Assembly (NCBI RefSeq): GCF_964213995.1
Contig: NC_135822.1
Location: 52,948,001-53,012,000 of the forward strand
DNA: 64,000 bases
Reading direction: 5' to 3'
Origin: Mustelus asterias
Taxonomy: Eukaryota
Each line of letters starts with the position of its first letter. Position 1 is the stretch's first letter. Under the pieces are notes generated by a model. The model made no database searches. It was not told the origin of the DNA and saw only the letters and a list, made by a program, of their open reading frames with translations. Positions 37,724 to 49,439 of the stretch are shown in pieces. The translations under genes and the position numbers were made by a program.

Positions 37724-38441
37724 AATTCGATAGTTTTTTGGAGTTGAATCTGATCGCGTGGCTGAGCCGGCAATTTCAATGAACTTTTCAGTAAGTTCTT
37801 ATCTCCTGCCTTTGCCCATTAGCCCTGAGAGATACCTCTTTCAAGAATCGAGCCAGTTTCTTTATTGGTAAAATTGGTTCACCACTGGGATACTGCATTC
37901 CACAACCTCAGACATAGTGACATTAAAAAAAACTCACCATATCCCAGCTGATCCTTAAATCTGTGTACTCTGTTGACCGAGTATTTTGTCACTGGAAGCA
38001 ATTTGTCCATAATTGCACTCACAAAATCCTCAATATTATTAAAGGATTCTCATAAATCTCCCGGTAAATTCTGTTTCTAGGAAAACAATCCCATCTGTTT
38101 CACTCTCTCCACATTAGGGTAGACCCTCGCCTCTGATACAGTACTAATAAATCTGCTTTCCACATCCCTTAGAGCTTGACACAGTTCCAAAATGGTAGTT
38201 CCCAAAATTTGGCACAGCGCTTCAGGATAATGGTGACTTCTAATAGTTCAACATAATCTCCTGCAATTAATATATGTTTTTATTAATAAGGTAAAGTTGG
38301 ATTTCTTTGTTGTCTTCTCATTTGGTCCTTGCACTTCCAAAGATAGATACGTCAACAGGTCCCTCTTGCACTGAATCTCCCCGTTATTCATTTGCATTGT
38401 CAGTTGATAGCATTGGACTGAATGACACTCCTTAATTTCTA

Positions 38442-38457
38442 CCACAAGATGGCAGCA
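38442..38457 (+). promoter_or_regulatory. CTCF-like motif
   Basis: CCACAAGATGGCAGCA, close to the CTCF core consensus, in unique sequence. Confidence 0.55.
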
Positions 38458-39039
38458 CAATTGGGAAACAGAGCTCTGAAAACCCACCAAACCACCCAAT
38501 CATTCAGACGGGCAATTTAGTGCGAATAATTATGGACTTGGTCGTTCTACCATGTGGACGAAGAAAGAACGACTTTAAAATGGCTTTAACAACAATAACG
38601 ACACTAAAAGCAATATTGGTTTTAAAGGGCTATTCTGGCAGAGAGTTCTGGCTGGGATTCTCGATCAAGTTATAATTAAAAACAGATGCAGGTTGTAAAG
38701 TTGCTGTGAGCCATGGCCTGGTCTGGGAACTGTGATCTGAAGCTTCCTGTGTTAACCAAATATGGGGAATTGTCTACTTTGAGTTAGACCTGTTGGCACC
38801 AAAGTTCCATGTTTGTTTGTGAACTGCATGCTGTCTGAAACAGGAGTAATTTAATTGGCTGCTCGAGCCATGCGATCCGTTTTCACTTATACCATTGACT
38901 GGGTGCCTTATTAAAGCAAATATCAAAACAGTTCTCGCTTATATTCCATGGACAGACTAGCAAAACTCACGTCAATGGAAACCAACTGAAGTCAGAGACC
39001 AACTCTTCACTTGTCCAATGCACTCGTAAAACAAAGGGA

Positions 39040-39950
39040 ATTGCTGGGGTTGTTGGAGGTCAGTCACCTCCCTCCCAGGACATCATTGCATGGGTTGCTG
39101 GGGGTATCTCACGAGGCCGAACCTTATTCATCTGCTTCATCAATATCCGTTTTTCGATCGTAAAGTGATTACAAATACACAATATTCAGCACCATTCTCA
39201 ATTACTCAAGTACTGAAGTACTTCGTTTCCAAATTCAACAAAGTTTGGACAACATTCAGGCTTGGAGTGATAAGTGACAAGTAATATTGGCACCACAAAA
39301 GTTTCAGGCTGTAACGATCGCCAAAGGGAGAACAAATAACTATCGCCCGGTCACAAATCGTGGCACTGCTCACTGAATCCGTCACGGTCATCTTTCTAGG
39401 GGTTACTATTGAAAGGAAACCGAACTCGATCAGTCATATAAATAATGTGGCAGAGGCTGGGTCTGAGACGTGAAATTCTGAGGCGGTTAACCCACTTCCT
39501 TACTCCCCAAATCCTGTTCACCATCTCAAGGGATCAATCGAAAATGTGATGGAACACCGTCAACTTCATTAGATGAGTGCAACACCAACACTATGAAGAA
39601 GCTTGACGCCATCCAGGACAATGCAGCTTCTTGATTGATAATCTGTCACATTTAACACTCAGTCCCTCCACCACTGATACACAGTGACAGCAGTGTATAC
39701 TATCTGCAGTATGCACTGCAACAACTCATCAGCAACAATCCCAACCCGCGAACCAACAAGCTAGAGAGACAAGGGCAGCAGACACATGGGAACAGCACCG
39801 GTTGAAAGTCGTCCTCCAAGCCACATAGGAACCTGACCTGGATCTATATCGCCGTTGCTGCACTTTCGTTGGATAAAATCCTGGAATACTCCCTAACTTC
39901 ACCGTAAGCGTACCTGCACCATATGTGCTGCAAGTTCAAAAAGGCAGATG
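39040..39950 (+). mobile_element. Old LINE (CR1/L2 group, different family) RT 3' remnant
   Basis: cccaggacatcattgc..atctgcttcatcaat..cttgacgccatccaggaca..ccctccaccactga; heavily decayed. Confidence 0.5.
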
Positions 39951-40857
39951 AGAATAAGCTGATGATGGGATGAGATGAAGAAAGGTAGGTGGAGGGTCAT
40001 GCGGATGAAGAGAGAATCATAGACTGCCTGCACTGTAGAAGAGGCATTCGGCTATTGAGTCTGCACAGACACCCCGACAGAGTATCCCATACCCTATCCC
40101 TGTAACCCATTTTCAAGTCTAACCGAGACATTTAGGGATACTTATTTGGCATGGCCAATCCATCTAACCTGCATATCTCTGGGCTGTTGGAGGGAACCGG
40201 AATGAACATTTATTGGAACTTTCTCCTTATGAATGCATATTTGAAAAATGTCTTTGAGAGATGTATTTTGTATTCATTCACGGGATCTGGGCTTCGTTGG
40301 CTAGACTATCATATATTGCCCATTTCAGTCCTCTTTAGACTCAAAGGTGGTGCCAGAGGGCAGGGAATATCTACCCAAGAAGCGATGAAAATATGCAAGG
40401 CACTGCCATATGAATTTGCTTGTGCTGAATAGCACATATGGATTTAAGTGGTGCTTGTCAACGATAGGACGAGATGAGGAAGAATGGGATGGGAATGATG
40501 TGAGGATAATGTATGGTCCTTTCAAGGCGTGGGGCCCGGGATCAGTGGACTGAGTGCTCTTGATACGTTCCCAATTATTCCACAATCCGTTAAATCATAT
40601 CAAAATGCATTCCAGTTTCAAACAGAGGAAGTTTAATTTCCTGACTCGGAGCCGACTTTTAAAGGGCTAAATTATACATTGTGCTGAACTCTTGGATGCT
40701 TTGCAAATTCTTCAAAAGTCACAGAGAGTCTGTTAGAGAATTTGGTGAACAGTTTTCAACAAATGTTTAAACGGTTGTCAGGTGCCAGGTGTGCAGTGAG
40801 TTTGGTATCTGAAGAGATGTGGCCATTTTGCACTCTGAATCATCCGTGACATGTTTA

Positions 40858-41279
40858 AAGAACAAAGAACAAAGAACAATACAGCACAGGAACAGGCCCT
40901 TCGGCCCTCCAAGCCCGCGCCGCTCCCCGGTCCAGGATTGAATCCTGAATCCAGGATCCCCGCCCAATTTTCAAGCCTATCTACATCCTAATATCCTATC
41001 CACCGAGCTGTCCCTCACAGCTATGATGCTTTGTTCATCACAACCTATTAACTCACCCCCACCCCCCCATTCCAGACCATGTGATCTCCAGCGAGAGGCG
41101 AAAACCCAGAGTGAAAACCCCAGGGCCAATATGGGGAAAAGAAAATCTGGGAAATTCCTCTCCGACCCCCTGTGGCGATCGAAACGAGTCCAGGAGATCA
41201 CACTGGCCCTGATCAGAAAATGCTTCCCAACCCTATTCATTTCCACTTCTGCTTTACGAACACCATATGAATTCCCTGC
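40858..41279 (-). mobile_element. Young non-coding retroelement with CR1-type 3' tail (SINE-like or long-3'UTR LINE end), copy 1
   Basis: Near-identical to 55117-55598; absent from the paralogous site near 45980; tail matches the CR1 end at 32278-32333. Confidence 0.8.
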
Positions 41280-41777
41280 TAAGGTTCGAAGATTAAACAG
41301 TTCATGTTTGGGTGGCGGGGGTTCTTCTCTTGCAGCTGTGAAAATGAGGGGAAATTTGAAATAGATTTCGGAAATCGTGAAATGGTTTGATAATGTAAAT
41401 AATGATGCACTTTGCAGAACCTGACAGGATCGCCGTTAACTATAGAGCATTGACTTGAGGTGAATAGCAACAAAAACCAGAAATGAAGCATGGAAATATC
41501 GGAGTAAATGTGGGCCATTCGGCTCTTCGAGCATGCTTTGCCATTCAACTCGTTAATGGGCGTCCTACTTCACGCCACGTTTCCCGCACTATAGCCATTT
41601 CGCATGATCAGTAGAGGAGTCGATGAGCAGTTAATCCTTTTCCACGGTCAATTGTTTCATCTGGAAATGGCACTGTCTGTAAGGACACTGACAGCAAATT
41701 CGCCCGTAAGTTTTAAAATATAATTGGAAAATGTATGAAGCGGGTATTTTTAGTGTTATTTGCAGCAGGTGAAGGAC

Positions 41778-42050
41778 GGCACGGTTGGACATTGGTTAGC
41801 ACCGCTGCGTCACAGCGCCAGGGAGACAGGCTCAATTCCTGGCTTTGGTCACTGTCTTTCTCCCCGTGTCGACGTGGGTCTCCTCCGGGTGTTTCGGTTT
41901 CCTCCCAGAGTCCGAAAGACGTGTTGGTAAGGTGCATTGGCCATGCTAAATTGTCCCTCAGTGTATCCGAACAGGCGCCGGAGTGTGGCGACTCGGTGAT
42001 AACTTGATTGCAGTGCTAATGGAAGCATACTTGTGACACTAATAAATAAA
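41778..42050 (+). mobile_element. V-SINE-type SINE
   Basis: tRNA-like head ggcacggttggac..ggttagcaccgctgcgtcacagcgccaggg, V core, aataaataaa tail. Confidence 0.75.
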
Positions 42051-42319
42051 ACAATGAAGAATATGATTTCACCAGTATGCTCTGTGAAAAGGAAAACTCT
42101 GACACTATGGACTGAATGCCCTTCTCCTGAGTTGTATCAGTTTATAATTCTATGATAATCAGAGTCAGACTTGTCTCATAACGTGCAGATATCCTAACTG
42201 AATGGCTATCGCCAAAAGTTATGCGTATTTCTAATACTGAATAATATATTACAAGTCGTAAGACAGAGGAACAGGATGACATAGAAAGACACAATCTCAT
42301 GTGAAAGAAAGCGAAACCG

Positions 42320-42620
42320 TCATAGAACCAAAGAATCTTACAGTGCAGAAGGAGACCATTGGACCAATCGATTCTGCACCGACCACAACCCCACCCAGGC
42401 CCTATCTGCACAACACCATGTATTTACCCTACCTCGTCCCGCTGACATTAAGGGCAATTTAGCACGGCTAATCCACCTAACCCGCACATCGTTGGACTGT
42501 GGGAGGAACATCGTTGGACTGTGGGAGGAAACCGGAGCACCCGGAGGAAACCCATGCAGACATGCGGAGAATGTGCAAACTCCGCACAGACAATGTGCCA
42601 GTGTGCCATCGTGCCACCAA
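42320..42620 (-). mobile_element. V-SINE-type SINE with a short internal duplication
   Basis: Reverse V core; acatcgttggactgtgggaggaa duplicated in tandem. Confidence 0.7.
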
Positions 42621-42723
42621 TCAACATTAATAAAATAAGTAAACAGGCTTTATATTATTTATTTAAATGTTGGAATGTAATGAATGGCTTTTAGGGTATA
42701 GATTGATAACAGCTATAGATAGA

Positions 42724-42905
42724 NNNNNNNNNNNNNNNNNNNNNNNNNNNNNNNNNNNNNNNNNNNNNNNNNNNNNNNNNNNNNNNNNNNNNNNNNNNNN
42801 NNNNNNNNNNNNNNNNNNNNNNNNNNNNNNNNNNNNNNNNNNNNNNNNNNNNNNNNNNNNNNNNNNNNNNNNNNNNNNNNNNNNNNNNNNNNNNNNNNNN
42901 NNNNN
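42724..42905. other. Assembly gap (N run)
   Basis: N run flanked by GATA/GGTA-type simple repeats. Confidence 1.
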
Positions 42906-42989
42906 AGGTAGGGAGTTAGGTGGGCAGCTATGTATGTAGGTAGATAGGTAGCTGGGTAGATCTCCCATTCGGTTTGAGGATCCATTTTG

Positions 42990-43028
42990 GGTTTTTGCTG
43001 AGCTCTTCCATCTCGCTGAGTCACTGTG
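42990..43028 (-). promoter_or_regulatory. 23-RSS of V pseudogene 2
   Basis: Minus strand CACAGTG + 23 nt + GCAAAAACC. Confidence 0.95.
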
Positions 43029-43316
43029 TAACTCCAGCCGCAGTAACACACGGCGGAGTAATTGGCCCACAGACTGGAGGGCTCCAGATAAAAGTGCTGG
43101 GTTTTCTAGCGGTAAAACCGTCCACCGCACCGGAGGTGGTAAGTTGTCCAGCATATGAATAGAAAATGTTCTGTGACTCACGGCCAAAATGCCATCTATA
43201 CCGGTAAAAAATACTGCGAGCATCTGCTTTTGCCTAAATGCATTCGATGCTGATTCGATTGGCCGGGGAACTGGATATGTAAGCTGGACGCTGTTGGACC
43301 AGCACGACCGCGAAAT
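43029..43316 (-). pseudogene. TRBV: TCR beta V pseudogene 2 (paralogue of the intact V)
   Basis: DFAVVLVQQRPAYISSSPANRISIECI*AKADARSIFYRYRWHFGRESQNIFYSY..DGFTARKP, ~7-nt deletion, HFYLEPSSLWANYSAVCYCGWS; stop codon, conserved W>R, frameshift, leader exon missing. Confidence 0.92.
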
Positions 43317-44904
43317 CTGTAAAGCAGAGAGAAAAAGCAATGACGTTATCATTGAGACTCTTTGAAGGGATACAAGAGCGGAGAGATAAAGTGAGAAGGG
43401 AGGCGAGAATGAGAACTAAGGCAGTGATAGATATAGAGGAAAAAAGAAGGGAGAATGAGAGGTACAAGACTACCCGAGGCAGAGAGAGATAAAACAAAAG
43501 ATAATCGATCAAGTATAAATGGGTTAGACTGGTATAAAGAGAGAGAGAGGAAACACAGGGGTGCTGAAGGAAAATCTGACGAAGGAAGGGTCAAACGAAA
43601 GAAGGAAATGAGAGAGAGAGAGGTCGTAAGAGAGAAGAACAGAGTGACATAGAGAAAACGACAAAGTGACAAAGAGATACAGAGTCAGCAAACAGAGTGA
43701 ATCCACACTTTGAAGCGGTGTGAACGAACTCGGAAAGCGGATCAAACACTAATCGGAACACACAGGGGAATAACAGTGAGCATCACTGGTAAGTGTGTTT
43801 AACTGCACGATTTCTCAAATTCAGGGCAGGGAGTGAAAATCTGTCCCCTTCAAGTTGTTCGACGGATAAGTGCAAGGGACCAAATTCTTATTGGCCTTTG
43901 GCTCCGAAATGTCATTTCCAGGGTGTAGCTAATATGTGTTCAAGATATTTAATTTTCGTTCCTTAACAGCAGCTTTTGAAGTTATTTTAAACCTGGAACA
44001 GTTAGAGTTAATCTGGATCATTCGCCAGCTTCTCAATGAGTGGTAAGCCTAATGCTGTTTATGCCCGCTCGCGTTGCAGTCACTTCCGTGTCTGGGTCTA
44101 ACTGACTGCATAGCGGATATGTTGCTGGTGTAGTGATATAAAAGAGGAGGCTAATGATCGGCGGCCATCAGTTTAGCTCCGTCTCCTGGCCGCCAATGGA
44201 ATCAAATCTGCAATAAAAAGCGGGTATCAGGATTAGTGTCAATGAAACTATCGGATTATGGTAAACTCCAACTAATTCACTGATGTCCAGAAAGCAAGCA
44301 AATCTGCCATCGGCACCCGGCCAGGCTTCCACGTGATTCCGGATACAGGCCAAGGTGGTTGACTAGCTGTCCACATGGTTTAGCCAACAAATCAGATGTG
44401 AACCAAGCAGCTCGCCACTAATTTCTCAACAGCTTTAATGATGGACAGTATGTTTTTAACATGCTGCTGACGACAGCATCCTGTGAACTTAAGCAAAGTG
44501 TTTTGCATTTTTCATTCCCCCCTCGCAACCCCCCACCCGCAACATCTGTAATTTTGGTTCTGCGCTGAGCGGCATTCTATACTGCATCGGATTGTTGTTA
44601 CTTTTTTCAACATTCTTCCGAATGGACAATGTCAACCTTTGCACTCCCAGTACGACCGAAAAGCATACGTAATCCTCAAAAAAGAAGTGAAGGGACGGTT
44701 CATTTCACAGAATCACAGTTTTTCTTCCGACTCGAGCTCAAGTCAGGGAGAAGGTAAATGTCAGTACGTTGGATCGTGGCCTGGGGTGGGCGGAACATTA
44801 GGATGGACTGGTGGCGAGTCCGAGGTTGTGGGGGCGGGGCGGGGCAGGGTGGTCAATGAGGCGGTGGGGCGTGGTCAAGTGATAGAATAATAGATTCATG
44901 CAAT

Positions 44905-45170
44905 CATAGAATCCTACAGTGCAGAAGAAAGCCATTCTGCCCATTCAAGCCTGCACCCACCACAATCCCACCCAGACGCGTATCCCGATAATCTCATGCA
45001 TTTACCCTAGCTAGTTTCCCTGACACTAAGTGGCAATTTAGCATGGCCAATTCACCGAACCTGCACATCTTTGGAGTTTGGGAGGAAACTGGAGAACCAG
45101 AAGAAACCCACGCAGGCACGGGGAGAATGCGCAAACTGCACGCAGACAGTAATCCAAACCTGGAATCGAC
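44905..45170 (-). mobile_element. V-SINE-type SINE
   Basis: Reverse V core (aatttagcatggccaatt..ctgcacatctttgga..gggagaatgcgcaaact). Confidence 0.7.
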
Positions 45171-47279
45171 AGGCAGTCGCGGAGCTGGGGGAGGGGTAGT
45201 CCGGCAGGTGGGGGTATTTGGGGAGGGGAGGTGGGTGGTGGAGTTTCAGTGGCCCAGGAGCTGAAAATAGCTTTAATGCCTGCAGCTTTTCCCAGGAAAC
45301 TATTCTGTTGAGAATCTCGGAACAATCTCACGTCTCCGGTTTATATCGGAGCATTAGATGGTTCCAGGTGCAAAGTAATTGCCCATCCGGAATTCAAAAT
45401 TTCCGGACCCTTCCCATGCAGCCGTTTCCTGGAGACTTCTTGGTGAGATGGCGTCAGAAGACTGGAAAATTGCAAACGCTGCCCAAGGAGTGGTGAGAAT
45501 AAGAAACTCATTACCTCAGGAAGTGGCTGTGCCGAATAGTATCGATGGCATTAGCGGAGAGCTGGTTAAGGTGGAAGGGAGAAAGAATTAGAGGTGTCCT
45601 TGATAGGGTGAGATGAAAAGAAATGGGAGCGGGGTGATATGAGAATAATAAATGGGTCTTTCAAAACGCTGGCCCAGGATCAATGAGCGAATTTATCTTG
45701 ATCTGTGGTCTATGATTCTATGATTCTTTAGGTCACGTTAGTGTTGTTGTCCTGCTTCAAGCAGCATTTCCCAACTGGGAACCGAGATTTAAAGGGTTAA
45801 ATTCCTCACTGTGCTGAAGACCTAAGTGCTTTGAATGTTGTTCAAATGATACAAGAGTCTGATAGGGAGGTTAACGGCTTCCACCAAATGGTTATACGAT
45901 CTTCGGGAGCCAGGTGTGCAGTGAGATTAGTATCTGCACAGATGTCGCCATTTTGCACTCTGAATCATATTTGGCATGTCTAAGGTTCTAAGGTTAACCA
46001 TTCCCTGTTTGGGTGGATTTCTTCCTCTTAGAGCAGTGAGAATAAGGGGAAATCTGTAAGAGATTTTGAAAATCATTACACGTTTTGATAACACAGATAA
46101 CGAGAAACAGTGCCAGAGCTAATATCATTGGACAGGATGGCCGTTAAGCAGCGACCATTGCTTCATATTGAATTCCAAAATAACCAGATCGGGAACATCG
46201 AAATGTATGATCAGGAGCAGGACATTCGGCCTTTCGAGCCCGCTTCCCCATCAACTTGTTTATGGTTGCTCTATTTCAACGCCATTTCCTTCCCATATCT
46301 CTTGATCAGTAGATAAATAGGGGATCAGTAGCACATCAGTTAGAGATCAGGTAAACGTTTCACCATAGCGAAATTTATCCGGTGGATTGTCACCACCTGT
46401 AAGGGCAGTGGAAGCAAATGCCATGGAAAAAATGAAAAGGTAATTGGCGAAATATACGACGCGCAATATTTGGAACAGGTCAGGAGAATATGCATTAATC
46501 AGATAGCTCTTCCATAAAGCAAACTCTGGCATTATGGACGGAATGCCCTGCTCTCGAGTGCACCAGTTCCTCGTCACGACTGCAATATCGTGAATACCTT
46601 GTGGCAAACCCCCATTTTTATTCATTCATGGAACATAGGCGTCACTGGCTAGGCCAGCATTTTTGCCCATCCCTAGTTCCCTGATGGCAGCTGAGAGTGG
46701 GCCATATTGCTGTGGCTTGGAAGTCACATGTAGTCCAGCCAAAATAAGGATGGCAGATTTCCCTCCCTAAAGGGCATTAATAAACCAGATGGGGTTTTTT
46801 CCGCCAATCGTTTCATGGTCAGTTCATTCTTAATTCCAGATTTTTTAAACTTAAATTCCGATTCCACCATCTGCCACAGTGCGAATCGAACCCGGGCCTC
46901 CAGAACATCAGCTGTGTTTTTGGATTATGAGTCGAGTGAGAGTAACATTCGGCCAGCGCCTCCCCCTACTGGACAAGCAGGCTTGGAAAATATGCAATGG
47001 CACAGTCGCGAACTATGTCTAATTGATTGTTCTATATCTCTGGTCCTTCTTTCAATCATATAACTAATCAATTTAGCCCACCTCGAAAACTGTTTGTAAA
47101 ATGACAGAAATTCATAATTGAATTGTAAAAATTAATACCGTTTGTATAATATGAAGTAAAAGAGGTGGTGATTCAACGTTAGCAAAAAAAAAGGATTTAT
47201 ATTACATATGTAAATATTGAAAGTTGATGAATGCCGAGAGATGGGTAAATAAAGATGTTGACAGCTCAGCAATTTATGA

Positions 47280-47463
47280 NNNNNNNNNNNNNNNNNNNNN
47301 NNNNNNNNNNNNNNNNNNNNNNNNNNNNNNNNNNNNNNNNNNNNNNNNNNNNNNNNNNNNNNNNNNNNNNNNNNNNNNNNNNNNNNNNNNNNNNNNNNNN
47401 NNNNNNNNNNNNNNNNNNNNNNNNNNNNNNNNNNNNNNNNNNNNNNNNNNNNNNNNNNNNNNN
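47280..47463. other. Assembly gap (N run)
   Basis: N run 24 bp beyond the RSS nonamer of the intact V. Confidence 1.
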
Positions 47464-47487
47464 TATGCACTTTGCAGATGCACTTCG

Positions 47488-47526
47488 GGTTTTTGTCGAA
47501 CACATCTACCTTTATGAGCCACTGTG
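47488..47526 (-). promoter_or_regulatory. Consensus 23-RSS of the intact V
   Basis: Minus strand CACAGTG + 23 nt + ACAAAAACC, perfect heptamer and nonamer. Confidence 0.98.
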
Positions 47527-47822
47527 TAAACTCCAGGCGCAGTAATACATGCCTGAGTGATACACACGCAGGCTTGAAGACTCCAGGTTAAAATGCGTGT
47601 TGCCCGCTTTTCTGGCGCTGAAACCGTCCACCTCCCCTTTGGGAATGATCTCCGTGCCATAGGAGTAGAAAAGGTTCTGAGGATCACGATCAGGGTGCCA
47701 TCGATACCAATAGAAAGCGGAGGCAGCTGTTGCTTTTACGTAAACACATTCGATACTGACTGCAGTGCCCGGGGAGCTGGATATGTAAGCTGGAATCTGT
47801 TGGACCAGGACTGCCGCCACAT
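47527..47822 (-). CDS. TRBV: Intact T-cell receptor beta V exon
   Basis: ttttgcag acceptor; DVAAVLVQQIPAYISSSPGTAVSIECVYVKATAASAFYWYRWHPDRDPQNLFYSYGTEIIPKGEVDGFSARKAGNTHFNLESSSLRVYHSGMYYCAWSL; both Cys and the core Trp present; LFYS and CAWS motifs as in TRBV30-like segments. Confidence 0.93.
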
Positions 47823-48356
47823 CTGCAAAACAGAGAGAAAATATGGTGATATTAACCTTGACACCCTTTAAGGGTATACAAGCATGGAGAGCGAAAGAGA
47901 GCGAAAGCAAGAATGAGAGCCGGAGAGTATGGCAATGATATAGTGATAGAGAAAGGGACTAAAACAGGCAATGAGTGAGAGGGGAGAATGAGAGAAATAA
48001 AGACAAATAGAGAGAGAGGGGCAAGAACAGATTAAACCAAGCACAATCGATAGGGCATGAAGGGATTGAATGACATAGGGAGGAAGAGAGGAAACACACA
48101 GAGCCTCTGAGAGACAAGCGGACGAAAGTCGGGTCAACTAGAGAAATAGATCAGGAAAGCGATCGAAAGAGAGAAACAGAGTGGCAGGGAAAGAAAAACA
48201 GAGTGACAAACAAGGGCTGCAGCAACAAAGAAAGACAGAGGGCACCTATACCTTCAAGCTGTGTGAAGAAGCGTGGAACGAAGATTAAACCCTAATCGGG
48301 ACATGCAGGACAAAAACAGTGAACATCACTGACAACTCAGGCCAGTTCCACCTTAC

Positions 48357-48399
48357 CCGGTAACAGCAGCAACAGAGCCCAGAGCCGAGACTCATACAT
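48357..48399 (-). CDS. TRBV: Leader exon of the intact V: MYESRLWALLLLLP
   Basis: ATG, hydrophobic core, G|gtaagg phase-1 donor in frame with the V exon (G+AT = Asp). Confidence 0.9.
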
Positions 48400-48988
48400 C
48401 TTTAAAGAGTATTTGAGTACAGGATTTCTCAAATTCCGGACAGTGAGAATGTCTCCTCCTCCAAGTTGTTCAATGTAGAGGTGCAAGCGACCACCTTTTA
48501 GTGGGTTGGTTTGCACATGCCATTTCCGGGGTGGAGCTAATGCGACTCAGCACATCTACTTTTCGTCCTTCCCTCGCAGAGTCTAAAGTTAGTTTAAACC
48601 GACACCACCAGCTTCTGAGTGTTGGATTTCGTCCGAATTCATCTAGCAGTTGTATCCATTACTCGGTCTATCCCTGCTTTGGGTCTTTAAATGCAGGGCT
48701 GTTTGTCGCTCTAACACAGCACAGTAGAAATGTTGCTGGTCTATTACTGCAGAAGACGAGGTTAACTGATCTACGCACATGAGTTTCACACCATATCCTG
48801 GTAGCAAATAGGATGAAATCTGCAATACACAGACTGCTTTCAGTATGAGTGTGCATGACACCCTGGTTTTTCGTAAAAGCCTCTCCGCTTTACTAATGTC
48901 CAGTAGACAAGCAATTCTGCCATCCTTACTCGGTCTGGCCTCTTTACGATCCGCCGCCGATAGGCAAATGTGGTTGAGTGACCATCCC

Positions 48989-49265
48989 CTGGGGTTGTTC
49001 TCCCTGGAAAGACGGAGGATGAGGGGTGACCTAATAGAGGTGTATAAAATTATGAAAGGCATAGATAGGGTGAACGGTGGGAAGTTTTTTCCCAGGTCGG
49101 TGGTGACGTTCACGAGGGGTCATAGGTTCAAAGTGATGGGGGGGGGGGGGGGGGGAGGGGGGCGGGGGGGGGGGGGGATGTTTAACACGGATATCAATGG
49201 ACGTATTTTACACAGAGGGTGGTGGGGGCCTGGAATGTGCTGCCAGGCAAGGTGGTGGAGGCGGA
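48989..49265 (+). mobile_element. Internal CR1 fragment, inverted near-identical copy of 50239-50511
   Basis: Shares a private poly-G insert with the neighbouring copy; lacks the 3' tail. Confidence 0.85.
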
Positions 49266-49439
49266 GGTAATCCAATCCGTTGGCAAGCACCAATTTCCCA
49301 AGGACTATTAAAGGACGATAATTGCTAGTGATGCTAGCTCTCCATGAATGAGTTAAATTATTTTTTTTCCCATCTCATTCTGCCTGTTTCTCTTTCTAAC
49401 CTGAGTCACAGGCTCTACGTCGTCTGTTTGCTGTTGGTT

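Noticed and set aside
41175-41220. Hammerhead-like GAAACGAGTC..CTGATCA in the CR1-tailed element
   Set aside because: CUGANGA core is absent and the stem geometry does not fit
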